Below are positions 54,641 to 64,000 of a stretch of 64,000 bases of DNA, in pieces. This stretch comes from Octopus sinensis. Lineage: Eukaryota. The notes under the pieces were generated by a model, which was given only the letters and a program-made list of their open reading frames with translations, was not told the DNA's origin and searched no databases. The DNA is taken from the NCBI RefSeq assembly GCF_006345805.1, contig NC_043001.1, positions 105,648,001 through 105,712,000 of the forward strand, read 5' to 3'. How positions within the stretch are numbered: position 1 is the first letter of the stretch; each line of letters starts with the position of its first letter. Position numbers and translations under genes: made by a program.

Positions 54641-55759
54641 GAGATTTTCAGTCATTTACTTAGAAATACGCAAGAAGAAATAAATGTTACGAAGAACAGG
54701 AATGCTAGAAATCCTTTGCGAACGTGATTTGAATCAGTCGGCTCCATTATTATACAGACGACAGCACAGAAGAATATTAGCCATGATTTATTTGTCAGGG
54801 AAAGGAAAATCAAGAGTGAGATACACTTTCATTTATCGTCGATGTATATCTGTGTTGATATGTGAAGTGAAGTTGAAGCATTGATGATTATGTAAGGATT
54901 TATGAAAACATTGTAGCTGACAGAAAGAACATCCATTCTCCTTATTATTTACTTTATATAATGTGACTGTTTGCTTTATGCCTGAATAAATATCGTTTAC
55001 GCATTCAGTGAATACAAGTGCAACTAGCTTAATAATTAAAACCTCAATTATCAGCTCACTAAATATTCTCAACGCGCTTTCAGATATAAGGATCTGTAGT
55101 TATTAGTGGTTTGCCTCATCAGAGGTAAACACGTCATATTTTGTAAATTGTTTGAAGATAGCAACTTTAGGAAGCAGTGTTGAATATTGATTCCATTTAT
55201 TCCGATACAAGTGCATATATTTATACGGAAGCTGGGATGAATAACACAGTATATCAACAAAAACATGCCTTTATTTCGTACAATCTTCCGTTAATAGAGT
55301 GTGATGTGACGCTGGAAATATTCTGAAACGACATATGCATGAATTAGTTGCTAATTTCCCGCCCCTTCTTATATGCATTTTTTCTAATTCTATAAGGGTG
55401 CTTTCTTTTATATATTTTTGTTGTATACTCTGGGGTTAAAGTCGAGAAAGATACACATGTCATTCTATATACAAATTATTATTTATAATCTGGTTTTGCA
55501 TTTTTCTGTGAAGGTATCAACATTTATAAACATTAACATCATTTGACAATATCTGAGTTAACGTCTGATATCAACATAGGTGATATCAAAGAGCTTGATA
55601 TATTTATCATTTAACCAAGTGAGAAAACTTATGCAGTGCCTACATTTCGATTACGTCAGAAAATGATATATCAAAATAACGATCTCTTTTTCCCTTTCTC
55701 CCTCATCCCCGCTCACCCCCCACACAAAAAACATTATCTCTCCTCTCTCTCTCTCTCTC

Positions 55760-55798
<39 letters not shown>

Positions 55799-55876
55799 TT
55801 TAAGGCATATGCATACGCCGCGTACATATATATGTAAAAGATTACTTACGCTGTCGCATGCCATACGATAAATATA

Positions 55877-55956
<80 letters not shown>

Positions 55957-56591
55957 TATATATAATATATATATATATTGCTCCCTTCCATGCATTATCT
56001 TACCGCGCATTGATCAAATTTATATAATTCATCCTTAAAATCATTCATCTATGAAGAAAATATGCGTTATCGCTTTATTAGATATAGTATGTTACTTTTT
56101 ATTTTGATAATATTTTATGCACATGTTAGGACCTAATGAATATCCCACTCTTCAGACAATGTCAAAAATCGTATCAAACCATATCATAATATTTCCTATG
56201 AAATCATATATATCTGTGAAGTTTGTGTGTATATGTTCTCTTCTGATATTAATCGCCTGAAATGCTTCCGCAAGGATGGCGCTAATTTCTAACAAAGATA
56301 CAAAACTCCGTCTCGAGAATTTGGATAGCAAAACAAATTCACATTTTAAGCTTGAGGTCTTCCATATTTTTACTGATCCAATTATAAACTCAATTTATAA
56401 CCATCGAATTAGCTGGTTTATTTTTTTCTGAAAACCATAGCTTCTCAATATTGTCATTTAAGCATTTATTCAGAATCATTTAAGCATTTATTCTTTTCTA
56501 CTCTAGGTACAAGGCCCGAAATTTTGGGTGGAGGAGGGGGCCACTCGATTAGATCGACCCATGTACGCAACCAGTACTTAATTTATCCAAA

Positions 56592-56655
56592 ACACTCACC
56601 GGTAAAATTTCCACTTATTTTTTAAGAAATAATTGGAAATTTTACCGGTGAGTGT
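56592..56655. repeat. 64-nt hairpin with 22-bp perfect stem
   Basis: acactcaccggtaaaatttcca (56592-56613) and tggaaattttaccggtgagtgt (56634-56655). Confidence 0.9.
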
Positions 56656-56812
56656 GTTACATTATAAGCCACAAAAAGAAAATGACTCTCCCCAGACACA
56701 ACGGAATATGCTTCAGCACACGAACTCATATAGAGAGTCTTGCAAACCAAATCCAAAAACGAAGCAGAAAAATTATATTACACACATATAAGTGGGATAA
56801 CCATTAAGTGAA

Positions 56813-57004
56813 CATCCATTATGCTAGATGTAGACCCCATATTGTCTGACTACTAAGAAAAGATTGTCCTCCAGAAAATTCGTTATATTTTGTAACTTTT
56901 CATTTGTCTGGTTCGCTTACGTTCTGGCGTTTGATGAATTTTCTTGAGAACAACTTCTTCTTAGTCGTCAGACCATATAGGGTCTACATTTAGCATATTG
57001 GATG
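56813..57004. mobile_element. MITE-like element with ~65-bp imperfect TIRs
   Basis: catccattatgctagatgtagacccc...ccagaaaattc pairs with gaattttcttgag...gggtctacatttagcatattggatg. Confidence 0.65.
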
Positions 57005-57033
57005 CCAACCTAGTGGCCGCCTCTAGTATATAT

Positions 57034-57067
<34 letters not shown>

Positions 57068-57124
57068 ATATATATATACATAAGTATGCACGTATGTTTA
57101 TATGTATGTATGCACATTCTTGTA

Positions 57125-57342
57125 ATAAGGATTTGAAATTCTGGCACAAGGCCAACAGTTTTGAGGGTGTGATAAGTAGATTACGTCGACCCCAGTACGC
57201 ACCTGGTACTTATTTCATCAACTCCGAAAGAATGAAAGTCAGAATCGGCCGCGCCGGAATTTGGACTCACCAAGTAAAAACGGGTGAAATGCCCATAAGC
57301 ATTTTGTCCGGCTTGCTACGGATTGTACCAGCTTGCCGACTT
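57125..57342 (-). mobile_element. SINE family B variant
   Basis: gaaattctggcacaaggcc...gtcgaccccagtacgcacctggtactta...ccgcgccggaatttggactc. Confidence 0.75.
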
Positions 57343-57659
57343 GCTTACTCTCGTAATAATGAATCAATGAATTCCCCAGGAAAGTAAATTTAATTTTTTT
57401 AAATACTAATACATTATTTCAAAAATTTCGATCTATGTGCAATAGTAGCTGATTTCTACAAGCGAAGAACTGATTACCATCAAATACATCAATTGTATGT
57501 AAAATATAACAAGCTGTTTTTATTTGAATGCGAGAATTGTAATATACGTAACCCAACTCATATCGGCGATTTTCGGATAATTTACGAATAATGTATTATT
57601 GTCTATAACGTAATATCCACAGAGGGCGAAGAATATGAAGACACACACTAAGTTCTTTG

Positions 57660-58305
<646 letters not shown>

Positions 58306-59197
58306 GCCTCTTTTTTTCAAATGCAAATTATGTTGATACGTTTGAAGTAGAGAAAAGCAATACGAAATTTGTCTGAATTATCTGTAATAGAACATTATTA
58401 TGTCGAAATCTTTATTTCTAGAGCATTATATTTTCTTTTAAATTCTGGGTTGGTGATAAGAGTATATTGAGCAGAAATTGATTTTATGGAAATTACTGTA
58501 TATAATAGTGCTATCTGAAAATCATGCATTATTGCTTATTGGCAAAATTCCAACCAATTACATATAGATATCTGGGATATTAAATCCAACACATAAAATA
58601 TTTTTACATAGCTATGACTATTACAGATAGTTTCATTGTATTTCCTGTTCTTCGTTTAATGAGAAAATACAGCATAAACGCATCAAATATTGATAATGAA
58701 ATGTAATTTTTACGAAACACTGTAAATAATAATTCAATAGAGAAAATATAAATTTGAATGAATGATCAAATTTCCAAACATTATTCTGTACGTCTTTCAA
58801 ATTTAGGCGTTCTCATTTCAACATATTTTGGAATTCTTGCATGTATTCTTGCATCGAACATAAATTTACGATGGAAATTTGTGCGTTATTATATGTGAAA
58901 GTGTTTATTTTCGACATGTTTGAAGGGTATTAATGAATATAAATATACTTATTAAATAGAGCGGTGCATTATAAAAACTCATCTTACAGCTGATATACAT
59001 ACATACACACACACATATATATATATATATACATATAAATATATATATGTATATATATATATACATATATATATATTATTATACATATATATATATACAT
59101 ATATATACATATATATATATATATACTTACATAATCATGTATATATATATCAATGTATATATATATATATATGGATATAGACATATATATATATATA

Positions 59198-59249
<52 letters not shown>

Positions 59250-59289
59250 CATATACTCATACGCAGACAAATGCACACGCACACATATA

Positions 59290-59500
59290 TTCTTTTATTC
59301 TTGTATTGTTTCATCCCTTTGAATGTAGCCATGCTGGAGCACAACCTTCGAGTATTTCAGTCGAAGAAATCGGCCGCAATACTTATCCTATCGGTCTGTT
59401 TTTTCGAATTTCTAAATTATTGGGACATAAACACACCAGGATCGGTTGTCAAGCTATGGCGGTGTACAAACACAAACACACACACACGCACATAAACACA
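59290..59500 (-). mobile_element. SINE family A, 3' half
   Basis: gtagccatgctggagcac...cctatcggtctg...aaacacaccaggatcggttgtcaagc. Confidence 0.7.
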
Positions 59501-59539
59501 TACATCCACACTCACACACATATATATACAGAGAGAGAA

Positions 59540-59661
59540 AAAAAGAGAGATAGATAGATAGATAGTAAGATAAGAGATAGAAAGATAGATAGATAGGTAG
59601 ATAGAAAGATAGATAGGCATACAGGTAGATATATATATATATAGATAGATAAACAAGCAGG

Positions 59662-59694
<33 letters not shown>

Positions 59695-59695
59695 G

Positions 59696-59752
<57 letters not shown>

Positions 59753-59904
59753 CAAGATAAGAGATAGAACAATACATAGATAAGTAGATAGAAAGATAGA
59801 TAGACATACAGGTAGATAGATAGGTGGGTAGGAAGATAGGTAGATAGATGGATAGATAGATAGATAGATAGATAGATTGATAGATAGATAGATAGATGAT
59901 AGAT

Positions 59905-59960
<56 letters not shown>

Positions 59961-59965
59961 GCAGG

Positions 59966-60052
<87 letters not shown>

Positions 60053-60070
60053 GCAGGTAGATAGATAGAA
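59540..60070. repeat. (ATAG)n tetranucleotide array
   Basis: About 530 bp of gata repeats with variant units. Confidence 0.95.
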
Positions 60071-60859
60071 CTATTGATGCATATACATATAAATATAATG
60101 AATGTGACAATGAATTTACTCCCGTCACTACAAGATTAACTTGATCCTCCGCGGAAGTGTTTTTTCTTTTAATAATCACAACGATTTGATACGCTATATA
60201 TGAATAATTACTAAGATATTGTTAAACTTTTCTCCTAATCATCCTTGTCTAATTTTAGTTTTACGTATATTATTCTGTTATACATAACAACGCTCAATTC
60301 AATTTCAATGCAAGTTTTTTTCTTTCATGTGCTTTTTTTAATGAGAAATATTTTTGATACACTTTAATTAAGCGCCTCCTCTTTTTCAATACATACGTGT
60401 TTGAATTATATCATTCACGTGTTATCTGCATTGGGTATTTGTTCAATCTATCTGGTTAAGGAATACCCGTATCCATTCAATGTTAGGATGCAGGAGGCTG
60501 CGTTGTGTCTGGAGTAAATTTTGTGTGCATTTTGCTGTGTATAATGTATACAAAAATAATTGGCTCTGTTTGTGTTTGGTCGGGTTCAGTGCGCTGTACT
60601 GGCATTTTAGCGTTGTGTGGATTGTGGATTGTGCCGAATGGCAAGCCTGCATTTTCAGAAGTTATTTTGCATGGTATGTGTTGTAGCATCAGGCGTTGAG
60701 ATACATTGTAACAACGCTGCGGTCCTAAATGCGCTTTACTAATTTTGCTGGTAAAATGAATGCGTCCTCAACAATATATGAACTGCACAAAACGCTTAAT
60801 TTTAAATGAGTTCAGACTCATAAGATTGTTTACAGTTGAATTTACCTTCTTCATCTTAC

Positions 60860-60977
60860 CTAGGGCTAGAATAATTGTTACTGCCGTGCGTGCAATTTCA
60901 AAAACCATATCAAACGTTAGCCAAATAATTGATGTACAGAGACGTTCGCGCTCGAATATATATACTTTCATGTTTGT
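60860..60977 (-). CDS. Candidate exon with hydrophobic, TM-like segment (phase 0-1)
   Basis: gatatttag|ACA...CTA G|gtaaga; 118 nt, TNMKVYIFERERLCTSIIWLTFDMVFEIARTAVTIILAL. Confidence 0.3.
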
Positions 60978-61369
60978 CTAAATATCCAAGATATACATAA
61001 TTCTCGCCAATTCTTAGTGATTTATCCTTATAGCATCCATGATTTTATAACATTCTCTTCGTTTTCATGGGATATTTTTGAAATAATGGCCAGTGGACAG
61101 CGCTAACGGATCGATAATATGATTTGTGGTTAACTGTGGTGAGTGAACAGGCAAAAGAATGTGCTTAAATTTATGATTATATATATTGCGGCAGTAAATG
61201 ACGACATTATTTCCTAATTTGTTGTAGATAATAGATTTTCCGAATCAAGGTGGTGCATGAATAAAGATGTGTGTGTGTATGTATGTATGTATGTATGTAT
61301 GTATATATGTATGTATGTATGTATGTATCTATGTATGTATGTATGTATGTATGCCTGTAGGTATATATC

Positions 61370-61403
<34 letters not shown>

Positions 61404-61482
61404 ATATCGAAAGCGTATACTGTTGTTTAATGCTCGTAATACGAGACTAGAAAAACAGTCAACAAAGATGAAGAGTCGTTCT

Positions 61483-61581
<99 letters not shown>

Positions 61582-62354
61582 TATGAAAAGTGAGAATGTA
61601 TAAGCGCGGGACATATACTGGATTGCCTCGTGTATATATATTTAATCTAAAGTGAACCTGCTGAAGAAGTCTTCGCCTAGCAAATCATTCTATTTGCTAA
61701 AAAACGACTGAAACCATTGGTCCAGGAATTAGATGGTAAATAGTTTTATTTTTCATTCCCTTCAATATTTTATCCCTAATATTGGTTCGGAATTTAACTG
61801 TCCTTTCTAGCGTGCAGGTAGTCCTATAATGTTTTCTTATGTGTTTAAATATTCACTGTATTTATATGAATATATATATATATATATACTAGTAATACAC
61901 ACTCACACACACACACACACATATATACACACATACATACATGCATACATACATACATACATACGTACATGCATACATACATACATACATACATACATAC
62001 ATACATACAAACATACATACATACATACATATACACATACAATGATCTACATGTGCAATATTAAAAACCTCCTGACTAGCATATTCGCGTTTTGATTTAA
62101 ATGCCAATATGTTAGTAGTTGATAAGCTTTCTTTTCGGAGAACATCATTCCTCGCTGCTATTATACACAATGATTTTACTTCCGTTTGTTTGCTTGTTGG
62201 TTTTTTGTATTCATATAGCCATATAAATTTCCAGCATGGACTTCATTCGAATTTCGATATTCTAATTATTGTACACACATTACACCTCACCAATCAATTC
62301 TTTAACTGCATTGTCTATATTTTCAAACTTTGTGCATATTTACCTAATTTTGTT

Positions 62355-62570
62355 TTGAAATTTTGGATTTCGGCACAAGCCCCACATTTCCGTGGGATAG
62401 ACTATGTTGATGACATCAAACTTTAATGCTCAACTGGTGTCTACTTTATCGACTCCGAAAGGATGAAAGGCTAAGTCAACCCCGGCAGAAATTGAATTCA
62501 AAACGTAAAGACGGACAAAATGCCGCTAAGCATTTTCTCTCGAATGTTAATAGTTATGTCAGCTTGCTGC
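62355..62570 (-). mobile_element. SINE family B variant
   Basis: atcgactccgaaaggatgaaaggctaagtcaaccccggcagaaattgaattc...aatgccgctaagcatt. Confidence 0.75.
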
Positions 62571-63219
62571 TAATATTTCACTAATATAAACTTTACATTC
62601 GTTACTTTAAACATTGACAGAAGTAATGATTTAAGTATATCATATATATGTATTAATCACACACAACCGTATTTCTCCAAGGTGATTAATAAATAATCTT
62701 TCACATTCAGAATTATCTAAGCTAAAGTAGCTCCAGATTTTAATGGCGAACAGAGAGTGAAATGTGATACATTTTATGAAGCATATCAGGGATTATCTAA
62801 TGCTATGATCTTGGTTCTTATCTAGTTAACATAAAGTTCGTTTTCAAATAGATTTTCCATGTGTTGGAGTAGAATAAGTAGACACCTTCTTCGACTAGCA
62901 AAAAGATATTTGATATGTATCAAAGAAAGAGCACAAATACATCGATAGGCAGATAACCAGATTACGTTATGTTCCGTGAGGAGATCACATGACATGGAAT
63001 CCTTGACAAGACATGAACACCTCGACTTATACTTCTTAGTTACAACTCAGGAGATATTCTTTACGTAACTGAAAACAATTTCTATAAATTATGAATTTAG
63101 GTGGCGGTTAAAATTACAGCTATACAGTAAAATTATAAGCACACTCGTAAAGCGACACACAAACGCATAAAGTCATATACTCACAGATATATATACACAT
63201 ATAACGGTGTAGATGTGTG

Positions 63220-63261
<42 letters not shown>

Positions 63262-63365
63262 TCACCATCACTCTACCTGTATACACACGTACACATATCC
63301 ATCCATCCAGCCGTCCATCCATTCATGAATACATACATGCATACATGGGTACACACGTAAACATT

Positions 63366-63399
<34 letters not shown>

Positions 63400-63751
63400 C
63401 ATCATACCTGTCGTATTCTCTGAAGTTTTATGCGTTAGTCTCATGTTCTATCTTGCTATTTTATGAAAGAGGCCATACACACAATTACAATTACACAAGT
63501 ACACACATAAATGTACGTCCCGTCCACACCCATACAAACACACGCATGCGCAGAAAATAAAAGCAAATGAAAAGCACGAGAATCTTTGGTCTCCGAATAT
63601 TCATAATATTTTCTTTCCTTGTTTCTGCTTATCGATTCTCTCACTCTCTCTTTCTAGCACACACAGACCCACCGTCAAACACATGCACACGCACGTACGC
63701 ACACATGCACACACACGTACATCGACTCTCTCTCTATTTTTCAAAACTATC

Positions 63752-63805
<54 letters not shown>

Positions 63806-63831
63806 GTGTGGTGTGTGTTGTGTGGTGTGTG

Positions 63832-63862
<31 letters not shown>

Positions 63863-63867
63863 AGATA

Positions 63868-63949
<82 letters not shown>

Positions 63950-64000
63950 AGAGTCCTGGCAAATAGAGGAATAACTGTCGAAACAGAATTTATACCTAAT

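Noticed and set aside
55170-55395. Plus frame containing KHAFISYN (TIR-domain-like word)
   Set aside because: The downstream sequence does not follow the TIR pattern; likely chance.

Overview
Eukaryotic, very AT-rich, microsatellite-saturated DNA. The SINE and LINE families look like those of a coleoid cephalopod, most likely Octopus; this is inferred from repeat-family recognition, not a database search. No host gene can be named with confidence and nearly all listed ORFs are microsatellite artefacts. The window is dominated by about 20 tRNA-derived SINE copies of two families. It also holds CR1-group LINE pieces (one with an intact C-terminal RT frame, 28.6-29.6 kb), R4/Dong-like restriction-endonuclease LINE fragments next to (TAA)n, an RTE RT remnant, mariner and Tc1 fossils, and several foldback or MITE-like palindromes. 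Most worth follow-up: (1) a ~150-bp element in two copies beside (AAT/AAC)n whose consensus rebuilds a minimal Penelope-type hammerhead ribozyme; (2) microsatellites acting as landing pads and duplication boundaries; (3) near-perfect hairpins that could be dsRNA, ADAR or miRNA substrates; (4) a tentative, phase-compatible chain of small minus-strand exons for an unrecognised protein. Most repeat boundaries are approximate (tens of bp).
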